A stretch of 64,000 bases of DNA from a virus (Duplodnaviria > Caudoviricetes). The notes below the pieces were generated by a model that saw only the letters and a program-made list of their open reading frames with translations, was not told where the DNA came from and searched no databases. The stretch is taken from positions 32,001-96,000 of IMG/VR virus record IMGVR_UViG_3300035517_000038. One strand, written 5' to 3'. This document shows positions 40,201 to 50,055 of the stretch, piece after piece. The position numbers and the translations under genes are program-made. How positions within the stretch are numbered: the first letter of the stretch is position 1; each line of letters starts with the position of its first letter.

Positions 40201-41770
40201 GACAGTAATAATGTCTATACTCACTCCAAGAACCTTTAGACCTGCCAATATTAAGTAGTGATGGGGTACTTTGAAAGTTAGGTCTGAATATCCATGAAGA
40301 CTGTCCATATAATGTTCCCTCATTCCTCATTCTGACATTAAATACAGTAGGACATAAAAGACCTTGTGCTATAATCTTCCTTTCATTTGTAGGAAATACT
40401 ATAACACTTCTCATCTTTCTATAACCATAAAGACCCTGCAGCTTTTTTAAAGCATTTAAAGATGCTTCACCAAACTCTATATTAATAGTAGGTAAATATA
40501 TATTATTATCTTGGATATAAGGCCTATTATCGCTGCTTATAGGTACAGTATAATCAGATTCTAATAATATAGGCTCTGACCACTTACCACTCTCATGCTG
40601 AAACTGCACTCCTATTCTATAGTGCTCTCCAGATTTAAGGTAAGAAAGGTTTGTGGTATTAAGCTGATGATTATAAGTATAAGTATTACTTGATTGAGTA
40701 CTATTAACAGTAATAGCTCTATAAGTATGATTGGTAGTATGATTAGCTTTTAATAAAACATCAGTACCTAATTCAAATATATTATTAGGAATAGATAACC
40801 TTTTTTGTGTTATATTACCTAAAAATAAAGTACCATCTTTAGCTGCTATAGTACCTGCAATAATCTGCTCACCTCCTATATATAATAATTGTGTAGAATC
40901 TATTACACTACCTGTGGTACCATTGTCTGTATAGTATATAGTATCTTCTACAGCAACATCACTTACTAATTTTACTACAGGTTCAGCATCCAATGATGAC
41001 CTATATATAGAATAGATTCTTACATAATCGAAAGAATCTAAATCAATAATGTTTATTGAAAAGCTGCAAGATACTTGCTCATTTTGTTTGCCTCCTCTAT
41101 TGTTAGGTGCTATATATTGTATAGGTGATATATAGAATATATTAGATTCTTGTCCATACTTATTATAATAGGTTAAAGCATATTGAATAACACCTGCCTC
41201 GAAAGTACCACCTAAATTATGTTTAGTAATAGATACTCCCTCATTTAATTTAAGAGTAGCAACAAAATCAAAAGGATTATCTCCAGTGTATAAAGAAGTG
41301 TAATCAGAAGATTCTTCTACCCCTTTTAACTCAGGTTTGGTTACATTAATAACTCTGGGTTGATTATTTTTATCAATCCAGTAAACCTTTTGTACTAACT
41401 GGTTTTCATAAACACCTAAAGTTTCTATAGGAGCATTTGTAGAAAAATTTAAAGTACCGCCTTTATATAATATCTCCTTATTATAAGTATTGGCAGATTC
41501 ATTATAAGTTACTCTATAAATAACTGAAGAGTCTCCTTCACCAGCAAACAATATTAAATAATCTCCTAAGACACAATAACCTATAAGAGGAAGATTGTCT
41601 AATTGAAATATAGGAGTATCACCTAATTCAGAGGTAATAGAGACACTTGTATTACCATCCCTACTGGTTATTCTTATATTTTTAGCATCCCACAGAAATT
41701 TAGCATCTTGCCTTATAGGGTGATTATCCCTTCTCATTCCTTGGAATACATGAACATCATGACCTCTCAT
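37268..41770 (-). CDS. Tail stabilization / muzzle protein (P22 gp10-like)
   Basis: 1500 aa, beta-rich; GDFYYQRYDCLKT, VETRINIDGR, VPIEISNGYKVDGYR, KFRVWRANIPR...RIRNPW. Confidence 0.85.
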   Translation of the reverse strand: MRGHDVHVFQGMRRDNHPIRQDAKFLWDAKNIRITSRDGNTSVSITSELGDTPIFQLDNLPLIGYCVLGDYLILFAGEGDSSVIYRVTYNESANTYNKEILYKGGTLNFSTNAPIETLGVYENQLVQKVYWIDKNNQPRVINVTKPELKGVEESSDYTSLYTGDNPFDFVATLKLNEGVSITKHNLGGTFEAGVIQYALTYYNKYGQESNIFYISPIQYIAPNNRGGKQNEQVSCSFSINIIDLDSFDYVRIYSIYRSSLDAEPVVKLVSDVAVEDTIYYTDNGTTGSVIDSTQLLYIGGEQIIAGTIAAKDGTLFLGNITQKRLSIPNNIFELGTDVLLKANHTTNHTYRAITVNSTQSSNTYTYNHQLNTTNLSYLKSGEHYRIGVQFQHESGKWSEPILLESDYTVPISSDNRPYIQDNNIYLPTINIEFGEASLNALKKLQGLYGYRKMRSVIVFPTNERKIIAQGLLCPTVFNVRMRNEGTLYGQSSWIFRPNFQSTPSLLNIGRSKGSWSEYRHYYCLPPNSDANAEIQNIYYKSSSENRLATNSLFSEGDYYAVDQNLVTLHSPDIEFDTEFYALNKEGYKLRILGYVPFYSVTSDINVQLSTPGYSPDSKVSATALTQVESEGGYHRNAILGFKDYRIREDDEGKAEVADSKTLYNYNIYMWQRTGSLNTDFNREEGDGTRTAVLDTKVMSHKLFSYNTIWLDTVYEYPITTPQYWGDDVGIVRWDSNSYLGDIDTMLSNDDYLIYSTKDGSIMTSDEVYSTNDAVRMKYKSSPHTVFKLKDATTNRVRTLPILEGTAVGKDVYVDTDNNGGTEESGGSNNDTEDSSVVLKTALFYAETSLNDITFDTSKTTPYLNSFGLQVGATKLSSSSCGMVINYSIKKLWWLRYGGSYTKSDDKTIVSWVLYNKSIDVGTFIKFTSSYDKDTYEVTTIKITGGSLANGFTFEYVNNVAHAASQSTITGISTTYNTEPASTLLKAAASSDSTVVSNVYDEIPFSKYTTMYPYLFLGELYNPNTHNSFGGSSKGDMINNNTWIPASEPVEMLSMKDGVQTSILPVTYGDFYYQRYDCLKTYPAASTDTNQLVEIASYMVETRINIDGRCDINRGLVSDLNSTPSNFNIINKVYSQKDNYFSYKMMDADYYKQHEFTNMVTWTSEKTNASETDPWTQITLINTLDLDGNKGKLTALTTYNDTLLALQEKAFSQILFNSRTQVAAGDGVPIEISNGYKVDGYRFLSDQVGCQNKWTVTSTPMGVYFIDKQSNSIYRYNSNGIADLSLEKGMQDWVRENYKSNEWLPASSDSNGIRTFYDNTYKDVYFALGPGANQETTLNFNETLDNFVSIFSYSGTYGLINFKNKFIGYKYGYPLITQLYSANTGTIFGFRYNRAFSFISNENPTITKIFDTVELRADLYDKDGNVTHKAPFASIEASNEYQKSDAGRDFKYKFRVWRANIPRNVNTFQRIRNPWAKISFNMPAGSTDRLVLHDLDVTYTY

Positions 41771-41771
41771 A

Positions 41772-42446
41772 TTAGTGTTGTTTTAGAATCTCTCTATTAC
41801 CTATGTATTTAAAACCTGTAGCGTGAGCATTTCTTCTAGGCAACATAGAGTTTAAGTTATTAGATATAGCTTCCCATTCATCTTCTGAAGGAATAAGAAG
41901 AGCATTTCTTGCTTGCCCTGCTGCTAAATAATAATCCTGTTGAGCTACTTGATAAGCTTGCTGACTAATCTTACCTAAATCAAAAAGAATAGTGAACACC
42001 TTCTTTTTAATATAAAGCTCCAAGGCTCTAGTAACAGCAGAGTTCTCAGGAATCATCGGCATACCCTCTCCATCAACTACCATAGCCCTATAAGCAACCT
42101 CAAGAGTACATTCATCAGTAGATGTAACAATTACAGTTCCTTGTCTCTTATATGAGTAGTTATCTGCCCCATCCTTAGTATGAAAGCTGGAAGTTGAGTA
42201 ATTATATATTCTGTAGTTAGAAGCATCTCTAACTTGGATTATCTCATATAAATCAAAAGGTAATACACCTTTGTGGTTTTTAACTTCTACAGTTTCTATT
42301 TTCTCTTGATAGCAATCTGGTACACCCATCAGCTGTAAAAACTCTACTGCATAAGCTACACCTCTTTCTAAGGTTACATCTTGCAATAGAGGGTGGTCTA
42401 ACAGAGAGTCTAAAACTGTTTTCAATGATATAAAGTTAGTATTCAT
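41772..42446 (-). CDS. Tail ring / tubular protein
   Basis: HPLLQD...AYRAMVVDGEGMPMIPEN; adjacent to the muzzle gene. Confidence 0.75.
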   Translation of the reverse strand: MNTNFISLKTVLDSLLDHPLLQDVTLERGVAYAVEFLQLMGVPDCYQEKIETVEVKNHKGVLPFDLYEIIQVRDASNYRIYNYSTSSFHTKDGADNYSYKRQGTVIVTSTDECTLEVAYRAMVVDGEGMPMIPENSAVTRALELYIKKKVFTILFDLGKISQQAYQVAQQDYYLAAGQARNALLIPSEDEWEAISNNLNSMLPRRNAHATGFKYIGNREILKQH

Positions 42447-42969
42447 AAGCTAAGTATGTATCTATTAAACCTTTCTTAATTCTTCTGCTAAGTTTAATTC
42501 TAATGTCTCTATTAACTTTGAAATCATAGAACACTTTATTATTATACTTAGCTTTTGCTTTTGTATATTTAATTCTGTATAGTTCTTTAAATGTGGATTT
42601 GACTATTGTCTTTTTCTTCATTTGTTCTTCATCCTCTGCCCACAGTTTAAGGGTAGCATCCCAATCTACTGGTAGGTTAGTAATGACTCTACCATCTACC
42701 ATTTTATATTTAACAGGTGACTTTCTAACTTCAAGCATACCCATATTATGTGGAAAGGTTATATCATTACCTAAAGATAATTGGTCAGCTAGATATAAAT
42801 TGATGGTTCTAATAATAGCGTAAAATTGTTTTTCAGAAATAGATTGCCCAATTCCAGCCCATCTATTTCTCCGAATGGCTTTAAATACGTCATATACGCC
42901 AATAGAATTGGTTATTTTATGGTTTCTATTTCCATTTACTTTTAAAATCCTTCTTCTAAAATCTTCCAT
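42436..42969 (-). CDS. IHF/HU-like protein of the crAss tail module
   Basis: Basic protein; GNDITFPHNMGMLEVRK HU-like strand motif. Confidence 0.7.
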   Translation of the reverse strand: MEDFRRRILKVNGNRNHKITNSIGVYDVFKAIRRNRWAGIGQSISEKQFYAIIRTINLYLADQLSLGNDITFPHNMGMLEVRKSPVKYKMVDGRVITNLPVDWDATLKLWAEDEEQMKKKTIVKSTFKELYRIKYTKAKAKYNNKVFYDFKVNRDIRIKLSRRIKKGLIDTYLAYEY

Positions 42970-42980
42970 TACTCAGGTTT

Positions 42981-43676
42981 TTATTCACTATCTTTTAAAT
43001 ATCTGTCTTTCATATTTTGCCTAATGAATGATTGTATAGAAGATAAATCATCATTAGCATTGTTATATGGGTCTGTAGGTTGATATACTGCACCACCAAT
43101 GTACTTAACGACTAAATCTATTAGAGTGGTTATTAATCCTTCCTCTAATGGGTAGTCATCATCTAAATAATCATAGTCAGCATCATTGTAAGAGGAGGCT
43201 TCTGTTGGGTCTTCAAATATAGCAGAGAGTTCTACTGTAGATAAATCACATTCTCTAGGGCTTCCTGATTTAATATAAAGATAATTATCAACATCTATAG
43301 TCGCATATAAATACCTTCTAAGCCATTTATTAACTCCAGTATATTGGAACCTATCTCTAGATACAAGAGCTATATTATGGTCTAAACCGTTGCCTACATA
43401 AGTTCTACCTACTGTGAGTATTGTTGGTATAGTATCTATACTCTTAAGCAACCTATCTTTACTAACACTCAAACTACCATACTCCTCTAGAGAAACAGTT
43501 ATCGTTTGGTAGTTGCTAAGAGGTATCTCTTTTTTTACATCATTATATCTTTGTTTGAGTAGCAGTGCTCTCACTTTATTAGCCAAGAATAAAACATGGT
43601 CTTCAGTAATATAACTGTCATCACTCGATATTTTAAACTGGTCTAATATTATGTATATTAATTCTCTGTAAGTCAT
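42981..43676 (-). CDS. Tail ring protein
   Basis: MTYRELIYIILDQFKISSDDS...DPYNNANDDL; start reassigned to the ATG downstream of the promoter. Confidence 0.75.
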   Translation of the reverse strand: MTYRELIYIILDQFKISSDDSYITEDHVLFLANKVRALLLKQRYNDVKKEIPLSNYQTITVSLEEYGSLSVSKDRLLKSIDTIPTILTVGRTYVGNGLDHNIALVSRDRFQYTGVNKWLRRYLYATIDVDNYLYIKSGSPRECDLSTVELSAIFEDPTEASSYNDADYDYLDDDYPLEEGLITTLIDLVVKYIGGAVYQPTDPYNNANDDLSSIQSFIRQNMKDRYLKDSE

Positions 43677-43688
43677 AGTTGTATAAGT

Positions 43689-43739
43689 AAAAAAGCCTAT
43701 TGCAAAGTTACACATTATAAACTACTTATGCAATAGGCT
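43689..43739 (-). promoter_or_regulatory. Promoter embedded in a terminator-like inverted repeat
   Basis: ATTG-N20-TAACTTTG within AGCCTATTGCA...TGCAATAGGCT followed by T5. Confidence 0.7.
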
Positions 43740-43761
43740 AATTGTTTTTATTATACCATAT

Positions 43762-43797
43762 AAAATAAAAATGGGAGTAGAGAAACTCCCTACTCCC
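43762..43797 (-). terminator. Intrinsic terminator after the auxiliary capsid gene
   Basis: GGGAGTAGGGAGTTTCTCTACTCCC followed by ATTTTTATTTT. Confidence 0.8.
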
Positions 43798-43813
43798 TAT
43801 ATATTATCAGTCC

Positions 43814-44791
43814 TTAAGACTTGGTGCTTACATCAGCAAGCTCAGCATCTGCTAATGCTGCAACTAAGGAAGCAGCTACAGCGGCAGTAGGACAAACAAA
43901 GGTGATAGTCTTCTCAGACTTTTGAACAGAAACACCTTCATCGGTAAACCAATAATGAATATCAACAGTATGATAATCCTTAGTGGGGTCTACCATATAC
44001 TCAGTCTTGATAGTAAGAGGCCAGCCTACATTTCTATATTGGTCACCTCTTTCACCCATGCAGAAGTATTCAAGGTCTGCAATCTCCTTACCATTTACAA
44101 GAGTCTCCTCCTTAGTGGTATCCTTTTCAACAGTACCCCAGTTTCTTTCACAACCTTCATAAAGGACTTCATCTGAACGCAGCTTGAAGTTTACATGGGA
44201 TACTTGTCTAGTACCCAGTTCCCAAGGTTGTTCAACCTCATAAACAGCTAAACCAGTGTATGTATCAGTGAGGTCATCTTTCTTAGTATCGCCATTTACC
44301 TCAGTGTAGGTAGAACCTGCAATCAGATAAAACTTGCAAATAGGAGTAATCTCTCTAGAGAACTCACGTACTAAAGAAAGAGCCATCTCCTTATAGAAAG
44401 TAGAAGCAGTCATATCTGAGTGAGCGTGAACACAACCAAACTTGAAATAAGTATCTTCATCAGAGAAACCGATGTAGTTGTTAATCTCAATATTCAGAAT
44501 ATAATCCTGACCACTAATAGGAGCACCGCCATTAACCTCTGAGTTAAGAGTTACCTTAAAGCCCTTAGTCTTGTAATTTCTAGGAGCCTTGCTAGCATAG
44601 TTACCAGCACCCTTAGGAATTAAATCAGTTCTAATTAAGCCACCCTTACCTACATACTTGAAGAAAGTTTCACCTTCCAGAGTAGTGTGTGCAGAAATAG
44701 CACCTACAGCTGAGTCCTTAGTAACTGCCTTTGCAGAAACTTCATTAACTACATAAAGTTGGCGATTTTGATTTACAGAAAAATTTGCCAT
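43814..44791 (-). CDS. Auxiliary capsid protein (crAss001 gp36-like)
   Basis: MANFSVNQNRQLYV; GKEIADLEYFCMGERGDQYR; VQKSEKTIT. Confidence 0.8.
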   Translation of the reverse strand: MANFSVNQNRQLYVVNEVSAKAVTKDSAVGAISAHTTLEGETFFKYVGKGGLIRTDLIPKGAGNYASKAPRNYKTKGFKVTLNSEVNGGAPISGQDYILNIEINNYIGFSDEDTYFKFGCVHAHSDMTASTFYKEMALSLVREFSREITPICKFYLIAGSTYTEVNGDTKKDDLTDTYTGLAVYEVEQPWELGTRQVSHVNFKLRSDEVLYEGCERNWGTVEKDTTKEETLVNGKEIADLEYFCMGERGDQYRNVGWPLTIKTEYMVDPTKDYHTVDIHYWFTDEGVSVQKSEKTITFVCPTAAVAASLVAALADAELADVSTKS

Positions 44792-44815
44792 AAATTTAAA
44801 TAAAATTAATTAATA

Positions 44816-45421
44816 TTATTCTTGTCCAACTCCTCTACTCTGAAGGGCTAGACCTACTGCATATTCTAAAATTCTTTTATGCAGTATTGGGTTTAATTCA
44901 CAATCTGTTTTTGTTTTAATATTATCTATAGAAAGGTCTGTGCTAGTTAAATCCACAAGGATAATAGGACAGGGTTTTCTAAGATAAGTTAAAGTATAAG
45001 AAGTAACACTACCTTTTGAATGGAGGATTAATTTATCTTCTGAATCCTCTCTAATAACTCTATACTTACTAGGATTTCTAAAAGGATTTCTTAAAGTTCT
45101 CCAAAGATGGTCATGCTTAATAGGAACCACTAAAGCATTTACAGAGTTAACCATAGCTTCCTCTTTAAGTATAAAGAGTAAGTCTGTAGGTTTTTCAACT
45201 GTGTTATTAGTAGGATTATATGTTACTTTCTTTTTAATTAGATTACTAAGATGTTCACGCTGTTCCTCTGTGTTCTCTACCTCAGCATAACTAGCTAAAA
45301 CTATTTGCTCCTGTGCTTTAGTTAGATATACAGATTTAGCATATTCATCAAAGGCTTCAGTACCTGGAACTCTAATAGAAACAAGTACGTCAAACTCATC
45401 ACTAAATTCAGTAGTAGTCAT
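44816..45421 (-). CDS. Tail ring protein
   Basis: MTTTEFSDEFD..SVYLTKAQ; RKPCPIIL; paralog of 45424-46206. Confidence 0.75.
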   Translation of the reverse strand: MTTTEFSDEFDVLVSIRVPGTEAFDEYAKSVYLTKAQEQIVLASYAEVENTEEQREHLSNLIKKKVTYNPTNNTVEKPTDLLFILKEEAMVNSVNALVVPIKHDHLWRTLRNPFRNPSKYRVIREDSEDKLILHSKGSVTSYTLTYLRKPCPIILVDLTSTDLSIDNIKTKTDCELNPILHKRILEYAVGLALQSRGVGQE

Positions 45422-45423
45422 AA

Positions 45424-46206
45424 TTAGCGCTCTTGTTGAGAAGCAACAAATCCTATAGATGTTTGGCTACTACCTCCCAAACCTACTTGAGAACTAAGGT
45501 CACCACTATAGGAAGCTATTGCTAATTCTACACCTCTTTGTAATATTTCATTATGCAATTCCTCAGGAAGCTCGCTAGTCATAGCTGTGTTTTCTCCATC
45601 TATGGTATATTCAGTTGAAGAAAAATCTTCGAGGATTATCGGATTAGGTTTTCTAATATACCTAATTTTATATAATGCTGAGCTAGGTTTATTAGGACCA
45701 AATATTAACTCTGCTAATGTCTTACCTCCAGAACTATTAGATATAATTCTCCAAACGCCTCTTTTAACAGGATAGGGATAAGGTTTAAGATTTAATCTAT
45801 CATAAGTCTCATATGTAATAGGAATAACATCTAAAAACTTAGTTACAGTTTTTTCATCTTCTGTGTACATAGCCTGTACCCTCTCATTTAAAATAATATA
45901 TAAATCTTCGGGGAGTTCGTAAGGCATTCCATTTACAGCATCGAATAAATAAGAAGAATTACCTGAGGTACTCTTACCTAACGATACTACTCTAGATAAA
46001 GTAGAAAAATCTATCTGCCTTTTCCTGCTACCATCTACACCTTCCTGAGTCTTATTAGCTCTAGGATTTGCATAACTATTTAATATCTGCCACTGAGCTT
46101 TAGTTAAGAATACTGATTTCTCATATTCATTTAATCCAGGAGCTTGGTTTGATGTTATACTATTATAAAGAATATCAAATTCATTACTAAACTCTGTAGT
46201 TGTCAT
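45424..46206 (-). CDS. Tail ring protein
   Basis: MTTTEFSNEFD..EKSVFLTKAQ; RKPNPIIL; LHNEILQRGVELA. Confidence 0.75.
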   Translation of the reverse strand: MTTTEFSNEFDILYNSITSNQAPGLNEYEKSVFLTKAQWQILNSYANPRANKTQEGVDGSRKRQIDFSTLSRVVSLGKSTSGNSSYLFDAVNGMPYELPEDLYIILNERVQAMYTEDEKTVTKFLDVIPITYETYDRLNLKPYPYPVKRGVWRIISNSSGGKTLAELIFGPNKPSSALYKIRYIRKPNPIILEDFSSTEYTIDGENTAMTSELPEELHNEILQRGVELAIASYSGDLSSQVGLGGSSQTSIGFVASQQER

Positions 46207-46212
46207 ATTTAT

Positions 46213-47205
46213 TTATTGTTTAAGTTTTGCTTGTATAGTAAACAAGACATCTTGATGCCTTGGGTTTGCTAAATACTTTGATGCAAACACTAAGTTAGGC
46301 TCTTCATTTAACTCACATAGAGCAGTATTATCAGCCTTTATGTAAAAGAATCCTGCTCTATTGGCAATGATGCCAGCATCTACAGCCTTCTTAATAATTA
46401 CCTTAAAGTCTACATACTTATCCTTGATAATACTAAGGAATGTTTTAGCATTTGATTGAATAAGCTCATTAATCTTAGCTTGTAAGAACTCAAGTTTACT
46501 ATTAGGAGATGTGGGTCTACCATCCATAGTCTCAATGATAAATCTGAGTTTATCAATATCATCTTCAAATTTACCATACTCCTTGTAGCACTCCATTGTA
46601 GCACTCATATTAGATTTAGCAGTCTTAGCTTCTTCACCATCTTCTACAATAACAAACTGATAGCTTGCCTTAGGAGTCGCTTGAAGAGCTGCTAATGAAG
46701 GAGCAACAAGATTCTTATTAGCCAATAAAATCTTATACTTGATAAAGTCTTCAGGATTAGAAAGGTCTAAAATAGTATCTTGCTTAGTAAGAGTTACTTG
46801 ATTAATACCATCTTCCTTATCATCATCCCAAAAGTTATCATTGATAGCATAAGGATTAAGAGCATTATATGGAAGTCCAAGAGCATTTTCTATACACTCT
46901 CTTTCTTCATCTGTCATAATAACAGCATACCTACCTGAAGCTGTCATAGGAACAGTTAAAACTCTAAGAGCAGTTTCTGCCATACCTCCATAAAGCACGT
47001 GCTTAGGATTAGAAACAAGACCAGTTTGCTTATTAATATGTCGAACTTTAACCTTAATATTCCTAAGACAATTAACCAGCTTATGCTCTACTGGAGTAGA
47101 AGTAGGCTGCTCAATTTTCTTTTTAGATTGCTTCTTGGATTCCACAGGAGTAACCTGAGGCATATCTACAGAAGTATCAATTTCATTTACATTAATCTCA
47201 TCCAT
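46213..47205 (-). CDS. Conserved crAss protein downstream of the MCP
   Basis: HVLYGGM; LDLSNPEDFIKYKILLAN; gene position. Confidence 0.75.
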   Translation of the reverse strand: MDEINVNEIDTSVDMPQVTPVESKKQSKKKIEQPTSTPVEHKLVNCLRNIKVKVRHINKQTGLVSNPKHVLYGGMAETALRVLTVPMTASGRYAVIMTDEERECIENALGLPYNALNPYAINDNFWDDDKEDGINQVTLTKQDTILDLSNPEDFIKYKILLANKNLVAPSLAALQATPKASYQFVIVEDGEEAKTAKSNMSATMECYKEYGKFEDDIDKLRFIIETMDGRPTSPNSKLEFLQAKINELIQSNAKTFLSIIKDKYVDFKVIIKKAVDAGIIANRAGFFYIKADNTALCELNEEPNLVFASKYLANPRHQDVLFTIQAKLKQ

Positions 47206-47225
47206 TTATATAGGCTTTTAGTTTT

Positions 47226-47261
47226 AAAAAGAAAAGGGGAAGTAGGAGTTCCTACCTCCCC
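47226..47261 (-). terminator. Terminator after the MCP gene
   Basis: GGGGAGGTAGG-AACT-CCTACTTCCCC followed by TTTTCTTTTT. Confidence 0.85.
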
Positions 47262-47276
47262 TATTTGTTTTATTTA

Positions 47277-47431
47277 TTAACCCTGGAGAATAGAAGGGAT
47301 AATAGACATAGTTCTGGTGGGGTCAAGGACACAAATACCCAGTGTAGCCATTCTGTGGAATACAGCTGAATCTTCATCAAATGACATATTGTCATTGTCC
47401 ATTGCACCAGTGAAAGGATTACGCAGGCCCC
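47277..47431 (-). CDS. Major capsid protein exon 4 (absent from ORF track)
   Basis: (W)GLRNPFTGAMDNDNMSFDEDSAVFHRMATLGICVLDPTRTMSIIPSILQG*. Confidence 0.92.
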
Positions 47432-48190
47432 CAATCGTGTTATCGTATAGCTTTTTATCTATACTTCTATAACTTTCTTATTGTTATAGTTCAGCGTACA
47501 TTTTCAACCACGAGGGTTGTCGGATACTCTTGGAAGCATTATATTCTAATTTTCATTAGGTTCAGCTTCTACGCGTTACAATGGTAAAGTCTTTTATTTC
47601 TTTACTTTATCTCGGTATTCCCTGAGAATATCTTTACATCTTTCTCCATAACATATTTTTTTAATAGTACCAAAAGGTCTATTTAATTTTAATGCTATTT
47701 CTCTTGGATATAAATGTTGTTCAAAATACATATGATATATTTCAAATAATTGCTCCCTTGTGAAAGATATTCCATTATTTTTTAATCCTGATAAAAATGC
47801 GTGCCTTTGTTGCATTTCATCAGAAGCCCATTCAAGGTTTGTAATTCTATTATCCTCTTTATTACCATTTATATGGTTAATAGTTCTATAATTATTAGGA
47901 TTAGGTAAAAAAGCTATAGCAATTAGTCTGTGTATATATCTATAATAGTATTTACCATTATGATATAACCTAACCTGTAAATAACCGCTATTAGATTTTC
48001 TTTTACCAATGGTCATTAACTCACCTTTAATGTTTTTTATCTTTCCTGTATTTGAAATACTGTATTTAGGAAATTCTTCTATTATCTTAAATATTTCCAT
48101 AATATATGGTTTATAAAATATAATTAAATGGGTTCACCGATTTTACCCGATTATTCACTAATAGGTCGCCCTATTAGGCAGCAAGTTCAT
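47432..48190 (-). mobile_element. Group I intron 3 of MCP
   Basis: P1 CAGU|A..UGCUG with a U-G pair at the splice site; P4 AATCGGT / Q AATACCGAG; P7 GCGTA/TACGC; ends AACACGATTG. The junction gives CAG T|GG GGC (QWG). Confidence 0.92.
47594..48100 (-). CDS. Intron-encoded NUMOD4-HNH homing endonuclease
   Basis: IHRLIAIAFLPNP...INHINGNKEDNRITNLEW; C-terminal HTH. Confidence 0.92.
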   Translation of the reverse strand: MEIFKIIEEFPKYSISNTGKIKNIKGELMTIGKRKSNSGYLQVRLYHNGKYYYRYIHRLIAIAFLPNPNNYRTINHINGNKEDNRITNLEWASDEMQQRHAFLSGLKNNGISFTREQLFEIYHMYFEQHLYPREIALKLNRPFGTIKKICYGERCKDILREYRDKVKK

Positions 48191-48343
48191 ACTGATAGCC
48201 TCTGTACTCAGACTTACCCTTAACCTCACACTTGAAGATGTTGGGTTGGTCCATAGTACCAATATCCATAATATCATATCTGTAAGAGAAAGCAGGACCA
48301 CCATTCGGATGGATAATCTTATTTCTTACAGGGTCGTCGTAGT
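48191..48343 (-). CDS. Major capsid protein exon 3 (153 nt; absent from ORF track)
   Basis: (Y)YDDPVRNKIIHPNGGPAFSYRYDIMDIGTMDQPNIFKCEVKGKSEYRGYQ. Confidence 0.92.
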
Positions 48344-49205
48344 CACTATGTTATCATGTAGCTTTTTATCTACATTTCTTATACTTTATCATTGTATAAG
48401 GTCAGCATATATCATCATCTTCAAAGAAGATGTCGGACACTCTTGGCAGGATTATATTCTTTAAAAAAGTATTCACCTGCTATGCGTTACACTGATGATA
48501 GCTTTTTAATTCTATCATTTAGCACGGTATTGTCCACGCCTACCTTTATTAATTCATTATAGAGTTCGTCAGGGATTTCAATAATATCTCTAATAAAACT
48601 TTCTCTATTGAAATTTAATCTCAACCATTTCCAAGTTTTACCAGTAATTATATTTCTGATAGTTATATGACCTACATTGTATAATTTACTAATCAGCTTA
48701 ACACTAAATCCATAATTTAGCAATGTAGGTATTAATAAAACTTGCTCCTCAGATAGTGGAGATAGTTTCATGTAACTATTAGAATTATTATCCATATTAA
48801 ACTTAGCTGTGTACTCCGTGTTATATTTTTCAGTACACCATTCTAAATTCGAGACATTATTATTTTTCCTATTGAAATCTTTATGATTTACATCAGGAAG
48901 GTTTTCAGGATTAGGAAGAAAAGCTAAAGCCACCAATCTATGATTCTTAATTGTTTTTCTATTCCCTTTATCATCTACAAGAGTATTCTGTAAATACCCA
49001 CAAGAATCTTCTGTAGCAGTAACATATCTATTTACGAACTCACTGTATATAGAGCCATTGTTGTAAATTCTATAATTACTAAATCCTTTTATTTTTTTAT
49101 ATTGTTCTATCATAATTTAAATTATTAGAATAATACCTAGAAGGAGTTTACCGTTTTTGCCCGATTTTCTTAATAAATCACTTTATTAAGCCGCCCTACT
49201 AATTA
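48344..49205 (-). mobile_element. Group I intron 2 of MCP
   Basis: P AAAACGGT; Q AATACCGTGCT; P7 GCATA/TATGC; ends AACATAGTG. The junction gives CCG T|AC TAC GAC (PYYD). Confidence 0.92.
48487..49113 (-). CDS. Intron-encoded NUMOD4-HNH homing endonuclease
   Basis: HRLVALAFLPNPENLPDVNHKDFNRKNNNVSNLEWCT; C-terminal HTH. Confidence 0.92.
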   Translation of the reverse strand: MIEQYKKIKGFSNYRIYNNGSIYSEFVNRYVTATEDSCGYLQNTLVDDKGNRKTIKNHRLVALAFLPNPENLPDVNHKDFNRKNNNVSNLEWCTEKYNTEYTAKFNMDNNSNSYMKLSPLSEEQVLLIPTLLNYGFSVKLISKLYNVGHITIRNIITGKTWKWLRLNFNRESFIRDIIEIPDELYNELIKVGVDNTVLNDRIKKLSSV

Positions 49206-50055
49206 ACGGGTCTACGTCAATTTTTACACGAACACCATTAGGAGCCATGTATTCTACAAACTGGAAGCCTGCAGTAAGAGCATTAGGACTAAGCTCAGAG
49301 GAAGTGCGAGAAACAACCTTAAGAGCATCACCGTTAATAGTGAACTGAGTCCAACCATTTACTTCCTGCATTACTGCCTTGTGGAACTGAATAGCACCAC
49401 GCTCACCAGTCTTTAAAATAAAGTAACGGTCACCAAAATTAAGCTTTGAAGCAGACAGCTCTAAGAGAGCACGTTCAATCAGCTTAATAGAGAACTTGTT
49501 GTAATAATGAACATTAGATACTTCCATCTGCTCAAAGAGACCAGCACCCTGCTTGATAACTTCACCAGATTTACCGATGTTCATATATTCACCATTCTTA
49601 TTTCTATTTGAGCGACCAAAAGCAAGAATGTTATTCTTATATTCAGAGAAAGTATTTTCACATTCCCATTCTGCATAGTGCATCCAAGTGTTAGCAACAG
49701 CACCTACCTTAGTACCTGAAGGAGTTTCCTTCATAATAGGCAGACCTACTGCAAGCTTTTTATCAAGCATATCACCAGGAACCTTATGCTGGATACGAAT
49801 ATAAGACCACTCATTTCTCATAGCAATGGGAGAACTAAATCTCACATCACCAACTTTTCTCGAAAGAGATTTTTCAATGGGAGCATATTCAAAGCTGAAT
49901 TTCTCACCAGCAAGCAATCTTTCAGCAGGGATACCATCGGTGTTGCCGCCCATAAGCTCCACTTTATACACCGCGTGAGTTCCTTCCATACGAGCATTGC
50001 CTAAAATTCGCATGGGGTAAACCTCATTGAGATTGCCTACGATTACTTCGCCATC
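49206..50055 (-). CDS. Major capsid protein exon 2
   Basis: DGEVIVGNLNEVYP...SRKVGDVRF...KTGERGAIQFH...KIDVDP. Confidence 0.93.

Noticed and set aside
43694-43739. Invertible (phase-variable) promoter
   Set aside because: Only 24 bp separate the repeats, no recombinase is in the window, and the T-run fits a terminator better.
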